From: a bacterium
GTDB lineage: Bacteria; SAR324; NAC60-12
Length of the DNA stretch: 64,000 nucleotides
NCBI GenBank assembly: GCA_965209155.1
Contig: OZ242383.1
Location: forward strand, 1,696,001-1,760,000
Reading direction: 5' to 3'
Position 1 is the stretch's first letter. Each line of letters begins with the position of its first letter. Positions 49,603-59,993 of this stretch are shown in pieces. The notes below the pieces were generated by a model. The model was not told the DNA's origin, made no database searches, and saw only the letters and a list, made by a program, of their open reading frames with translations. Made by a program: the position numbers and the translations under genes.

Positions 49603-51435
49603 ATGTTAAAATTACGTAAGAAACTGTTGGCTCTCATGGCAGGGCTGTTGGTGGCAGGCGTGGCGTCTGCGGCGGAAATGGTAAAAATTCCATTAACGAA
49701 ACTGGATGGGACTGTCATGACCAAAGAGATGGAGGTTCCCGTCTACGGAGGCTTGGTGAACAGCGATGGCCCCTACGGGGTCGAGGGATGGGACCCACGA
49801 TTTACCGCGTGGGTCGCTATGCAGGCGGTTATCTCTCAAGATGGCATGATTGAGCCAAACTGGTATGTGGGACAAAGAGGCACCGAGGAATTCGATTTTG
49901 CGCGCAACTCCCCGATCATTAAATACTATGGTCCAGGGACGTTTGAATCCTACGCCTTCCACGGTCCCAATCGGTTGGTTGGTCGGCTCCGCCAGGGTAT
50001 GACCTTCTGGGGAAAGGACGATGTAGTCCTTGTCAATGATCAAATGGCCAATGACTACGGCCGGGAATTCACTGCCGATGACCTGATCGCGGCATGGGAG
50101 GAATCTGCCAGATTCTCTCAGTCCTTCCATTACGGCAAACGCAATAATTACACGTTTACCGCGTTGGATCGGTACACCATTCAGATCGATACCACGGTAC
50201 CCGATCCCACCGGGGTCCTCTGGTTGAATCTTGCTGGGCTCATGTTTCCCCATACCCCGGCTTCCTACTGGGACGAAGCTGTCGACAAAAACGATTGGAA
50301 AAATCGTCTCACCATTGGAGCGTTTATCCCCTCGGAGTGGCAGCAAGGTGTGCAAACCACCTTCAAAAAGAACCCCAACTACTGGCAGTATGACCCCTTC
50401 TTTCCCCAGAACCGGTTACCCTACCTCGATTTTTACCGGTACATCGTCTTTGACGATATCACCACGAAAGTGGCTGCGTTACGCACCTACAAGCTCGATG
50501 TCCTCAACCAGGATGTACAAAGTGTGCCATGGCAGGATTATGAAAGTATCCAGGAAACGAACCCGGATATCCAAGGGGCTGTGGCCTCGCCTGCCACCCT
50601 GTGGCTTCAGGTCAGGATGGACCAACTCGAGTCGAAGAGTCCCTGGGTCAATAAGAAGGTGCGGCATGCCGCCCTGATGGCCATCCCCCATTTCGAAGTC
50701 GCTCAAGAATACTACAAGGGCAACTCAACCCCCTATTTCTATATGACCTACGAGCATTGGAAACCCCTATACATCAGCTATGAAGAGCTGCAAGCGGAAC
50801 GCCCCGAACTCGCGGAACTGTGGCAATACAATCCGGAAAAAGCGAAGCAACTGCTTGCCGAGGCCGGCTATCCCGATGGCTTTGATACCGTCATCCATAC
50901 CCGGCCGGACCACCAGCACTGGGTTGAACTCTACCAGGGCTACTTCCAGGATGTGGGCATTCGGGCCGAGGTCAAAGTGATGGAGGCGACCCAACTCCGC
51001 TCCATGCAGATGAGCATGGACCCCAATGTGTTCGTGGTGGGTACCGATGCCGGCAATCCGGAGTGGGGTCCCACCAACGAAATCGTCTATTTTGCACATC
51101 CGACTGATGGGGTCATCCCCGCTCATGGCCGGTGTGAAGACGGAGTCGGCGCCGAAGGGTGCTATAAAGACGACTGGTTGGTGAAGAACTTCGATGATTT
51201 GCAAAATCTGACCGACTTGGAGTCCTATACCAAGAAGTGGCGTGAGCTGGCCCTCCACCTGACTGATATGCAGTATTCCATCCAGGTGCCGGATGAACAA
51301 CAATTCCGCATGTGGCAGGGTTGGATCAAAGGCTACCATGGGGCCAATCGGCCGGTGGAGGACCGCGTGTTCAAGTACGTGTGGATCGATGCTGCGGAGA
51401 AGAAGCAGCGCAGTGGACGTGAGGCCAACGAGTAA
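49603..51435 (+). CDS. Family-5 ABC substrate-binding protein (divergent)
   Basis: GGAGG RBS + signal peptide, P.YGG, GREFTADD, KNPNYW, VRHAA.MAI, YNPEKAKQLLAEAGYPDGF. Confidence 0.88.
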   Translation: MLKLRKKLLALMAGLLVAGVASAAEMVKIPLTKLDGTVMTKEMEVPVYGGLVNSDGPYGVEGWDPRFTAWVAMQAVISQDGMIEPNWYVGQRGTEEFDFARNSPIIKYYGPGTFESYAFHGPNRLVGRLRQGMTFWGKDDVVLVNDQMANDYGREFTADDLIAAWEESARFSQSFHYGKRNNYTFTALDRYTIQIDTTVPDPTGVLWLNLAGLMFPHTPASYWDEAVDKNDWKNRLTIGAFIPSEWQQGVQTTFKKNPNYWQYDPFFPQNRLPYLDFYRYIVFDDITTKVAALRTYKLDVLNQDVQSVPWQDYESIQETNPDIQGAVASPATLWLQVRMDQLESKSPWVNKKVRHAALMAIPHFEVAQEYYKGNSTPYFYMTYEHWKPLYISYEELQAERPELAELWQYNPEKAKQLLAEAGYPDGFDTVIHTRPDHQHWVELYQGYFQDVGIRAEVKVMEATQLRSMQMSMDPNVFVVGTDAGNPEWGPTNEIVYFAHPTDGVIPAHGRCEDGVGAEGCYKDDWLVKNFDDLQNLTDLESYTKKWRELALHLTDMQYSIQVPDEQQFRMWQGWIKGYHGANRPVEDRVFKYVWIDAAEKKQRSGREANE

Positions 51436-51464
51436 CCCTTGACTCAAGCCAATTCCAACAACAG

Positions 51465-51500
51465 GGCTGGGGGATCAAGCATTTCCCAGCCTTTTTTTTT
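51465..51500 (+). terminator. Intrinsic terminator-like hairpin between SBP and permease
   Basis: GGCTGGG...CCCAGCC followed by a 9-T run. Confidence 0.7.
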
Positions 51501-51517
51501 CATAATCCCTAACGTGT

Positions 51518-52492
51518 ATGCAAACTTATATCCTCCGAAGAATCCTGCTGCTGATCCCCACGCTGATCATTGTGACCTTCCTGGTCTTCAGCATCGTGCG
51601 CTTCATCCCAGGCAACGTCGTGGACAACATGATCGGGATGATGCAGTCAGGCGGCGGGGTCGGGCCCGAGATGGATGTGGAAGAAATCCGCCGGGAGATC
51701 GAGAAACGGCTGGGGCTGGACAAACCGTTCTATATTCAATATGGCCTCTGGATGTCAGGGGTCTTGAGAGGAGATTTCGGGGGATCCTTGTATACGGGGC
51801 TTTCCGTCACGGGAAAGCTGCTTGCCTTCCTGCCGGTCTCGCTCGAGTGTGGGTTGTTTGCCTTGTTGATCTCCCTCAGTATTGCCTTGCCGGTGGGCAT
51901 CATTTCCGGAATGCGTCCGGACACCATGACCGACAATCTCCTGCGCAGCATTTCGATCCTGTTTATTTGTGTTCCTAATTTCTGGATCGGGACGATGATT
52001 GTGGTCTTCCCCGCGGTCTGGTGGTATTGGTCCCCCCAGTTGGTCTATATTCCCTTTCTCAAAGACCCCTGGGGAAATCTCAGTCTGATCCTCCTGCCGG
52101 CCTTCATACTGGGGATGGAACTCTCCGGCATGACCATGCGCTTCACCCGCAACATGATGCTGGAAGTGCTGCGGCAGGATTATATCCGCACCGCATGGGC
52201 CAAGGGACTCCGGGAGAGGGTGGTGATTTTGGGACACGTCCTGAAGAATTCACTGATCCCGGTCGCCACACTGGTGGGCTTGCAACTCCCGGTATTAGTG
52301 GGGGCGGCGATTGTGGTCGAGATGATCTTCAATCTGCCGGGGCTTGGCAAACTGATGATCAATGCCATTGAGTTACGAGATTATCCCATCATCTCCGCCA
52401 TCAACGTGGTCATGGCCGTCATCGTGTTGTTCTCGAACCTCCTGGTGGACATCAGCTACGCTTGGCTCGACCCAAGGATTCGGTATCGGTAG
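51518..52492 (+). CDS. Peptide ABC permease (DppB/OppB-like)
   Basis: LGLDKP...QY, GDFG.S, MLEVLRQDYIRTAWAKGL, F.LPG.G, DPRIRY. Confidence 0.93.
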   Translation: MQTYILRRILLLIPTLIIVTFLVFSIVRFIPGNVVDNMIGMMQSGGGVGPEMDVEEIRREIEKRLGLDKPFYIQYGLWMSGVLRGDFGGSLYTGLSVTGKLLAFLPVSLECGLFALLISLSIALPVGIISGMRPDTMTDNLLRSISILFICVPNFWIGTMIVVFPAVWWYWSPQLVYIPFLKDPWGNLSLILLPAFILGMELSGMTMRFTRNMMLEVLRQDYIRTAWAKGLRERVVILGHVLKNSLIPVATLVGLQLPVLVGAAIVVEMIFNLPGLGKLMINAIELRDYPIISAINVVMAVIVLFSNLLVDISYAWLDPRIRYR

Positions 52493-52568
52493 GTGGTAGC
52501 TTTCAGTGGTCTGCTATCAGTTTTCAGAAAGGCGATAGCAGATAACTGACAACTGATAGCTTTTAAAA

Positions 52569-53501
52569 ATGGAAGTACAAACCGCAACACCCACAGCAGC
52601 AGCAAGCGCCCCTGCGAGAAAAGGGGCATTCCGCATCTTCCTCTCGCGGCTTTTCAAGGAGAAGCCCTTGGGCGCTGTCGGTGGGATCATTGTTCTGGTG
52701 TTTCTGTTCGTCGGGGTCTCCGCCCCACTGCTGGCTCCCCAAGGTCTCTTCAAGCGAAACCTGAGAAGCACCCTGCAGGGACCCTCAGTCGAGTTTCCCC
52801 TGGGGACGGACCATATGGGACGAGACCTCCTCACCCGCGTGTTATATGGGGCGCGGATTTCGATGGTGGTGGGATTGACAGCCACCACCCTGGCCGTGGG
52901 ACTGGCGACGTTTCTCGGCCTGATTTCAGGCTACTTTGGTGGGAGAGTGGACCTCGTCCTGCAACGGTTTGTGGATGCCTGGCTGAGCATCCCCTGGCTG
53001 TTCCTGGCCCTGACCATCATGTCGGTACTGGGACAGGGGATGGTGCAGATCATCGTCCTCTTGGGATTGAGTTGGGGGATGGGAAACGTGAGGACGATGC
53101 GGGGGGTGGTCCTCAGTATCAAGGAAAATGTCTATGTGGAGGCCGCCCGGGCGGTAGGCTGCAGCACCTGGCGCATCCTCTGGCGGCACATCCTGCCCCA
53201 ATTGGTGGCGCCGATCATTGTCCTGTTCAGCATTAGCCTTGGTGGCGTCATCATAGGAGAGGCTGTCATCGGCTTTCTGGGATACGGCATTCCTCCGCCC
53301 GAGCCCAGCTGGGGCTCCTTACTGAGTGTGGAAGGCAAGAAATATATGTTGAAAAATCCCTGGTTGGCCTTCTGGCCCGGCATTTCCCTGGCCATCGTCG
53401 TCTTTGGGATCAACATGTTCGGCGACGCCTTGCGAGATCTGCTCGACCCCCGGCTGCGAGGCGGCATGGGTCGCTTTGTGATGGCCAAAAAGAAAAAATA
53501 A
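52569..53501 (+). CDS. Peptide ABC permease (DppC/OppC-like)
   Basis: LGTD..GRD.L.R.LYGARIS, YVEAARA.G, P.PSWG, GDALRD.LDPR. Confidence 0.93.
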   Translation: MEVQTATPTAAASAPARKGAFRIFLSRLFKEKPLGAVGGIIVLVFLFVGVSAPLLAPQGLFKRNLRSTLQGPSVEFPLGTDHMGRDLLTRVLYGARISMVVGLTATTLAVGLATFLGLISGYFGGRVDLVLQRFVDAWLSIPWLFLALTIMSVLGQGMVQIIVLLGLSWGMGNVRTMRGVVLSIKENVYVEAARAVGCSTWRILWRHILPQLVAPIIVLFSISLGGVIIGEAVIGFLGYGIPPPEPSWGSLLSVEGKKYMLKNPWLAFWPGISLAIVVFGINMFGDALRDLLDPRLRGGMGRFVMAKKKK

Positions 53502-53536
53502 AATAAGAGATTCTTAGATTCTTTTAAGGAGACCCA

Positions 53537-54622
53537 ATGCCACGAAAAGCTGTATTTACCGGAGGACACGGGGTGGCCGTGTTGGAATACCAAGATCGCC
53601 CGTTGGCGCCCAATGAGGTGCGTATTCAGACTGAATATGCCTCCGGCAAACACGGGACGACCATGGCCCTGATGGATGGACTGAACCGGCAAGGGCAGCG
53701 TTGGGATGCAATCTATCGCCTCTCACTGCCGAGCGATGAGCCGGACCCGGATCCCCTTCCTGCCAATGAAGTCGGCACCAGCGGGGTAGGGACTATCATT
53801 GAGGTGGGGACGGAGGTCTCAGACTGGAAGGTGGGGGATCGGGTGTTTGGCTGGATGGACGTCAGTGAAACGAACATCATTTGTGTGGATCGCCCGGAAT
53901 ACTATCACTGGCCATGGCATGGATCAACGGCGCCCTGGCTGGTTTGGGAATTAGACAATCTCGATCCTCTGTTGGCGTTGTGCTTTGAGCCGGCCTATGT
54001 GGCATTCAATTGTATTCGCGAATCCAACATCCGCTTTGGCGAGACGGTGGCCATTGTTGGGCTGGGGGCCATTGGATTGCTAGCTGTCCGCATCTCCGCG
54101 CTCAGTGGAGCAGAACAGATTTTTGCCGTGGATCCGCTGCCGAACCGTAGGCAGTTGGCCAGCAACTTTGGAGCCCATCATGTCCTCGATCCCTATGCCG
54201 GGGATGCGGCCCTGTCCATTCACCAGATGACCGGAGGGGCTGGGGTCGATGCCGGCATTGAGATCAGTGGCAAATTTCCGGCATTGCAGACAACGATTCG
54301 AGCCACACGGGCCGGGGGAAAGGTCTGCGCAGCAGGTTTCTTCCAGGGTGAGGCGAAAGGCTTATGGCTGGGTCGCGAATGGAGTTCAAACCGCCAGACG
54401 ATGTTTGTCCCTACAGGCGTTGGTGATTTACTGATGCATCGCGACCACCCCCTGTGGGACGAATTCCGTGCTTACGACACGGTGGTGAGTAAGATGAAGC
54501 AGGGCCAATTTACTGTCCCGGGGCTCATCGACCCCCTCGTCTCCCTGGAGGACGTCCCGGAGGTTTTCCAACTGATTGAGCATCACCCGGAAAAAGTGAT
54601 CAAATATGCGGTTCGTTTTTAA
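53537..54622 (+). CDS. MDR-superfamily (zinc-binding dehydrogenase-like) oxidoreductase
   Basis: G.++EVG.EV..WKVGDRV, GLGAIGLL, GVD..IEISG. Confidence 0.8.
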   Translation: MPRKAVFTGGHGVAVLEYQDRPLAPNEVRIQTEYASGKHGTTMALMDGLNRQGQRWDAIYRLSLPSDEPDPDPLPANEVGTSGVGTIIEVGTEVSDWKVGDRVFGWMDVSETNIICVDRPEYYHWPWHGSTAPWLVWELDNLDPLLALCFEPAYVAFNCIRESNIRFGETVAIVGLGAIGLLAVRISALSGAEQIFAVDPLPNRRQLASNFGAHHVLDPYAGDAALSIHQMTGGAGVDAGIEISGKFPALQTTIRATRAGGKVCAAGFFQGEAKGLWLGREWSSNRQTMFVPTGVGDLLMHRDHPLWDEFRAYDTVVSKMKQGQFTVPGLIDPLVSLEDVPEVFQLIEHHPEKVIKYAVRF

Positions 54623-54634
54623 GAAAGGAACAGG

Positions 54635-55417
54635 ATGACTGAAGCATTGCGAGTGACGGTATGGAACGAGTTTTGGCATGAGAATCCGGAACATTGGGAT
54701 TATGTGAAGACGAATTGGATGAGCTATGGATATAGCGAAGAAAGCGGGATAGAAGAAACCGAGGGGGTTCAGAAAATTTACCCTGAAGGCATCCACTCCG
54801 TCATCGCCCGTCACCTGGACCAGCAAGGGTTCTCGGTACGAACTGCGACCCTCGATGAACCGGAGCATGGCCTGAGCGAAGCGGTCTTGGCCGAAACCGA
54901 TGTCCTCCTCTGGTGGGGACACATTGTCTCAGAAAAGGTCCAAGATGCGATCGTGGAGCGGGTCTGCCAACGCATCCTGGAGGAGGGGATGGGTTTCATT
55001 GTGCTGCATGCGGGGGCGATTTCCAAAATTTTTAGAAAGCTGATGGGCACTACCTGCGTGATGACACCGCGAGTGGATGGGGAGCGGGAACAGGTTTGGG
55101 TGGTCGAGCCCGGGCATCCCATTGCCCGAGGCTTGGGGAAATCCTTTGTGGTTCCCCAAACAGAAATGTATGGAGAACCCTTTGACATCCCGACTCCCGA
55201 CACGGTCGTCTTCATCAGTTGGTACCCCGGCGGTGAAGTCTTCCGCAGCGGGTGTTGCTTTCAGCGTGGACGGGGGAAAATCTTCTTCTTCGCGCCTGGG
55301 CATGAAACCTACCCGATCTACTATCAACCCGAAGTCCGGCAAGTGCTCACCAATGCCGTAGCGTGGGCCGCTCCCTCACGCTCTCCCGGGAAAGGCTCGC
55401 AGCCGCGTGAAGTTTGA
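54635..55417 (+). CDS. ThuA (trehalose utilisation) domain protein
   Basis: [55 protein letters not shown]. Confidence 0.92.
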   Translation: MTEALRVTVWNEFWHENPEHWDYVKTNWMSYGYSEESGIEETEGVQKIYPEGIHSVIARHLDQQGFSVRTATLDEPEHGLSEAVLAETDVLLWWGHIVSEKVQDAIVERVCQRILEEGMGFIVLHAGAISKIFRKLMGTTCVMTPRVDGEREQVWVVEPGHPIARGLGKSFVVPQTEMYGEPFDIPTPDTVVFISWYPGGEVFRSGCCFQRGRGKIFFFAPGHETYPIYYQPEVRQVLTNAVAWAAPSRSPGKGSQPREV

Positions 55418-55552
55418 TTGATGGGACGCCCTTGCGGAAAGACCCATTTACGCGCGGGGCCGGCCAATCACTGAAAAAAGCGTTGACAATGTGTTTGCGG
55501 TGATTTAAAAAGCTAGCGAAACAATTTGCTTAATTACCTATCAGGAGAACCT

Positions 55553-56743
55553 ATGACCACCATGCTTTCAATCGAACAGAAACAACAGTTGTACCGCGAG
55601 GGCTACGTTATCCTGAAAGGTGCTGTTTCCAAGGAGTTGACCTCAGCAGCGAGGACCGCAATCGGGGAAGCCGAGAGCAATCCGGATCCTATCCCTGCGG
55701 ATGATCCCATCTTCCGGGGTACCTTAGTCGTGGGGATGAACCGAAAGCTATGGAACCTTCGTAATGCATCCATGATGATCGACCTGGTCAACAAGAGCAC
55801 CTTGACGCCAGTATTAACCGAATGTATGGGACCGTTTGACCCACCTACGCAATGCCAGGCGGCCATTAATCCAATCCAGCGCGAGCCAGGGGAAGGCTAC
55901 AACTATATCGGGTACCTGGAAAAGGACCAGCCTTACTTTGGGGCTCAAATGCATTTAGATGGCTTGTGTGGCTTTCCCATTGTAGAAGAGCCACAAGTGG
56001 GCTCCGTCGACGAGATCTACCAGTATAGGATCTCCTCTCGTCACAAGGGGAACCTCGGACGCACTGCGGAGGTGACAGGCAACAACTTCGTGCCGCTCTT
56101 CATGGATCCGGAGATGACCTTGGGAATCGGCAGCTTCACCGCCTTCCTCTTTGTCTGCCTCAACGACCAAACGCGAGAGGGTTGTGGACAGACCGCCATA
56201 CTCCCTGGGGCACACCACGTCGCTGAGCAGTTTTTCAACCAGCAGCGTGCTGCCGGGGATTGCCTGGGTCAAGAGGGGCCCGGCTGGCCTCGGTTCGATT
56301 ACAACTCACCTAACCGTTGCGGCATGAAGTTCCTGCCGGACGACATGTATGATGCGCTGACCGACGAGACCTCGGCATGCACGCCCGACGGCAAGCGGTG
56401 GCCCAAACCGACTCAGCTTTTGATGGAAGAAGGCGATGCCACTATCACCACGTACCATATGCCGCATACCAGTACTCGCAATGAGCGAGGCACCGAGAGC
56501 CGTAAGACCGCGATTTTCCGTCTTCGTGCTAAATCCCATCAACCATCGATGATGGTGGACTGCCATGGGATTACCGACCACCCGGACCGGGGATACCACG
56601 GTGAATGGCTGCAGTACCCGGAAGGGGTGGATCCGTGGGAGCGCTCAAAGCACTTGCTCTGCCACCCCTGGGAAGTCTGGGAGGGAATGCAGCAGGTCGT
56701 TGCTGATGAACGAGCCAAGGCCAACACATCGAGTAAGGTGTAA
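55553..56743 (+). CDS. PhyH-like Fe(II)/2OG dioxygenase, divergent
   Basis: EQKQQLYREGYVILKGAV, MHLDG, LPGAH, GDA....YHMPH...R; AGGAG RBS; TTGACA-17-TAAAAA at 55483-55511. Confidence 0.7.
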   Translation: MTTMLSIEQKQQLYREGYVILKGAVSKELTSAARTAIGEAESNPDPIPADDPIFRGTLVVGMNRKLWNLRNASMMIDLVNKSTLTPVLTECMGPFDPPTQCQAAINPIQREPGEGYNYIGYLEKDQPYFGAQMHLDGLCGFPIVEEPQVGSVDEIYQYRISSRHKGNLGRTAEVTGNNFVPLFMDPEMTLGIGSFTAFLFVCLNDQTREGCGQTAILPGAHHVAEQFFNQQRAAGDCLGQEGPGWPRFDYNSPNRCGMKFLPDDMYDALTDETSACTPDGKRWPKPTQLLMEEGDATITTYHMPHTSTRNERGTESRKTAIFRLRAKSHQPSMMVDCHGITDHPDRGYHGEWLQYPEGVDPWERSKHLLCHPWEVWEGMQQVVADERAKANTSSKV

Positions 56744-56983
56744 GCAAATATATAAGGAAATCTGGGGACAGTTACCAATTATTTGCAATGAAAATCCGAA
56801 AATCCGGGGACCGTCCCACAACCACCACAAGAGGGACAAACGCTTCGTAGACTGGGATTGAAGGTCATTCTGAGCGCAACGGAAAGCCGGAAGTCTACCG
56901 ATCTCGTGCTGCGCTGTCATTGCCGGGGGACTTATCTTTACGATACCATTACGGCTATGGCCAGCTTGATCCACTTTTTAGGC

Positions 56984-58166
56984 TTAGGACAGTGCCCTAA
57001 ATTATATTCCCATTTGATGGGTATTGTGTTTCAATACCCCGATGAAACGCAATCTTGAACTTGAAGCGACGATCGTTGAGAAGTACGCGGCGGGTCGAGG
57101 CGTATCTCGACGAGCGCGGGCGCCGTGTATGGGCGGCGACCGAGTCTCGTGCCATCGGGTATGGAGGCGATGCGCTGGTGTCGGATGCGACCGGGTTGTC
57201 GCACCCGACGATACGCAAGGGTCGCGGGGAGCTGGAATCGGGCGGTGCCGAGCATGGCCGATTCCGCCGCCCAGGCGCGGGGCGGCCCGGCATCAAGCAG
57301 TCCCAGCCCGGCATTAAGCAAGCGCTGGAGAAGCTGGTTGACCCGGTGACTCGTGGCGACCCGGAGTCGCCGTTGCGCTGGACATGCAAGAGCCGTGCGA
57401 AACTCGCCACGGCGTTGTCGAGCGCGGGCTGGAAGGTGGGTTCGACGACGGTGGGCCGATTGCTGCACGAGCTTGGCTATCGGCTGCAATCGGTGCGCAA
57501 GAGCCGCGAAGGGGCGTCACACCCGGACCGCAACGCACAGTTTGAACATATCAATTCGAAGGCTGAGGAGTTCCTTCAACGCGGCCAGCCAGTGCTCTCT
57601 GTCGACACGAAGAAGAAGGAGCTGGTAGGGGATTTCAAGAACGCTGGCCGGGAGTGGCAACCGAAGGGCGATCCTGAGAAGTCACTGGTTCACGACTTTC
57701 CCCAAGATGCGGCGAGCAGGGCCATTCCTTACGGCATCTATGACATGGGCAGCAACGAAGCATGGGTCAGTGTTGGGTTTGACCACGACACACCCGTATT
57801 CGCTGTCGCTTCGCTGCCGCACTTCGCCGACGAGACCGGTGTCCGCGTCCACGTCAGTCATTTCCCGCCTGGCACCAGCAAGTGGAACAAGATTGAGCAT
57901 CGCCTGTTCTGTCACATCACCCAGAATTGGCGAGGTAAGCCGTTGCGAACCTTTGAGACCATTGTCGACTTGATAGGCAACACACGCTCCGACGCAGGGC
58001 AGCGAGTGAGAGCCGAGTTGGACGAGGGGGAGTATCCCACCGGGGTCAAGACGACGAACGCTGAAATGGATGCACTGTCACTACATCGCAACGAGTTCCA
58101 CGGCGACTGGAACTATGAAATTTACCCGCGATGAAGTTGGAAACATAAATTCGATCAATGTCCTAA
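56984..58166 (+). mobile_element. ISAzo13-family element, transposase frameshifted and internally deleted
   Basis: GDPESPLRWT.KS, HPDRNAQF, SVDTKKKELVG, PPGTSKWNKIEHRLF, FHGDWNY; imperfect TIRs TTAGGACA.../...TGTCCTAA; frameshift near 57092; deletion near 57817. Confidence 0.88.
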
Positions 58167-58419
58167 GGTTTTTTTCGCCAAAACCAGCCCCGAACTCTGC
58201 CGTTAAATGTCGCCCCAGTGAGGCGACAATCCGTTTACCGTAATCCGCACGTTTCTTCCCGAGAATATCGCGGTGAATACGCTGTCCGATTTTCCAGAAA
58301 AGCATGGTGAGCGCGGCGTTGGTGACTTGGGCAACCTGACCCCGGGCCTCTGCGATCATGCCACGTAACTCCGCAAGGAGAGCGTCGGTTGGCTTGATGA
58401 TGTCGTTCGCTTCATTCAT
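58167..58419 (-). pseudogene. DUF1016 (YhcG-like) N-terminal fragment truncated by ISAzo13
   Basis: L..LFW.IG.RI, RADYGK.IV..L...L..EFG.GF.EKNL ends at the IS boundary. Confidence 0.85.
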
Positions 58420-59993
58420 ACTCCAATCCTCTCCAGAATCTCCCGCAAGGCCCTGTCGGTCTCCCTGGCCTCGGCCTCGATCATATCCAGTTCCGCCACG
58501 ATTTCCGAGAGCGGCCGATAGGTCTCCGCGTCACCGGTGTGGATGTATCGGCTTGGGGAAATGTTATAGTCATTCTTCTTCAACTCCGCGTGCTCGACGA
58601 TGCGGCTGAGTTTTTCCTCTTCCTTCCACTCGATCAGAATCTCGGCGATACGGTTGATGTCTGCAGGCGGGATGAAGTTCTTGGGGTCGCCCTTTTCGAA
58701 AATCCGGCTGGCATTCACGAGGAATGCTTTGCCTTGCCGGGCTTTTGGCTTGGCCTTGTTGAGGAAGAGCACGATGCCCGGGGCGGAGGTATTGTAGAAA
58801 AGGTTTTCGGGCAGGTAGAGGACGTTCTCGATGAGGTCTTGGTCCACAAACCACTGGCGGACGCTTTTCTCCTTATTGGCGCCTGCGTTGCCCGAGCCGC
58901 GGGAGGCGGCGCCGGTATCGAGGACGACGGCGGCCCGACCGGCTTGATGATGGTCCGATCCTGGCTTGAGACTGGCGCACATGTGCTGGACCCAACCCCA
59001 GTCGGCGGAGGATTTACCGGGAAAACCCGGGAGGAAACGCTCGAATTCGTCGTTGTCGTAATCGGTCTCGCCGTATTCCCCCTGGTTCCACATGGGATTG
59101 GCGACGACGCGATCGAAGGTGCGGAGCTTGCCGTTTTTCCCGGTGCGGAACTTGGGATTCTTGAAGGTGTCGCCGATCTCGATCTGTCCCTCCATATCGT
59201 GGATGATCATGTTCATATTGGCCATGGCCCAGGTCTCGGGGACGTATTCCTGGCCGAACAGTCTGAGTGGCGCGTATTTCGCCTGCCCGGCGGCTTGCAT
59301 TTTGGTCTCCATGGCGAGATCGCACTTGATGAGGAGGCCGCCGGAGCCGCAGGTGGGGTCGTAAATCTCCACACCCGGGTCGGGCGCGAGGACGCGGGCC
59401 ATGATCTCGCCGACTTCTCCGAGGGTGTAGAACTCGCCGGCGCTCTGTCCGCCACCTTCGGCGAACTTGCGGATGAGGTATTCGTAGCTCTTGCCGATGA
59501 TATCGGCCTCAACGTCCTCGAGCCCCAGTCGCTTGGTGCTGATGGCCTCGATCAGGTTGGAGAGGCGGTCGTCGTCGAGGTCGCGCAGGCTGTGGGTGGT
59601 AGCGTTGAAGTCAACACGGTCGATGATGCCTTGCAGGGACTGGTTTTCCCGGGCGATGGCCCGCATGTGGGTAGTCACGCCTTCGCCGATCTGGTCCGAG
59701 AGCTTGCGAATGACCGACCAGACCGGTTGTTCGGGATCTTCCGGCACGAGGGGAAGATAGAAGCGGACGAGCTTGTGGTCGGCCTTGACGAGTTGGAAGG
59801 CCATCTTCCGCGTGCCGACCTCTGCGGCAATGCGATTCACTTCGTCGTCGAAGACGTCGCAGAGACGCTTGGTGAAGATGAGAGGGAGAATATAGTCCTT
59901 GTATTTCGGCGCATCCTTGGCCCCGCGGATCGAGCAGGCGGCATCCCATATCCAGGATTCGAGCGATTTGTCTTTGGAACTATATTCAGCCAT
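58416..59993 (-). CDS. hsdM: Type I restriction-modification DNA methyltransferase subunit M
   Basis: LESWIWDAACSIRG, YEYLIRKFAE, GEFYT, YDPTCGSGG, GQE, VVANPMW, LPENLFYNT, YNISPSRY. Confidence 0.92.
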   Translation of the reverse strand: MAEYSSKDKSLESWIWDAACSIRGAKDAPKYKDYILPLIFTKRLCDVFDDEVNRIAAEVGTRKMAFQLVKADHKLVRFYLPLVPEDPEQPVWSVIRKLSDQIGEGVTTHMRAIARENQSLQGIIDRVDFNATTHSLRDLDDDRLSNLIEAISTKRLGLEDVEADIIGKSYEYLIRKFAEGGGQSAGEFYTLGEVGEIMARVLAPDPGVEIYDPTCGSGGLLIKCDLAMETKMQAAGQAKYAPLRLFGQEYVPETWAMANMNMIIHDMEGQIEIGDTFKNPKFRTGKNGKLRTFDRVVANPMWNQGEYGETDYDNDEFERFLPGFPGKSSADWGWVQHMCASLKPGSDHHQAGRAAVVLDTGAASRGSGNAGANKEKSVRQWFVDQDLIENVLYLPENLFYNTSAPGIVLFLNKAKPKARQGKAFLVNASRIFEKGDPKNFIPPADINRIAEILIEWKEEEKLSRIVEHAELKKNDYNISPSRYIHTGDAETYRPLSEIVAELDMIEAEARETDRALREILERIGV

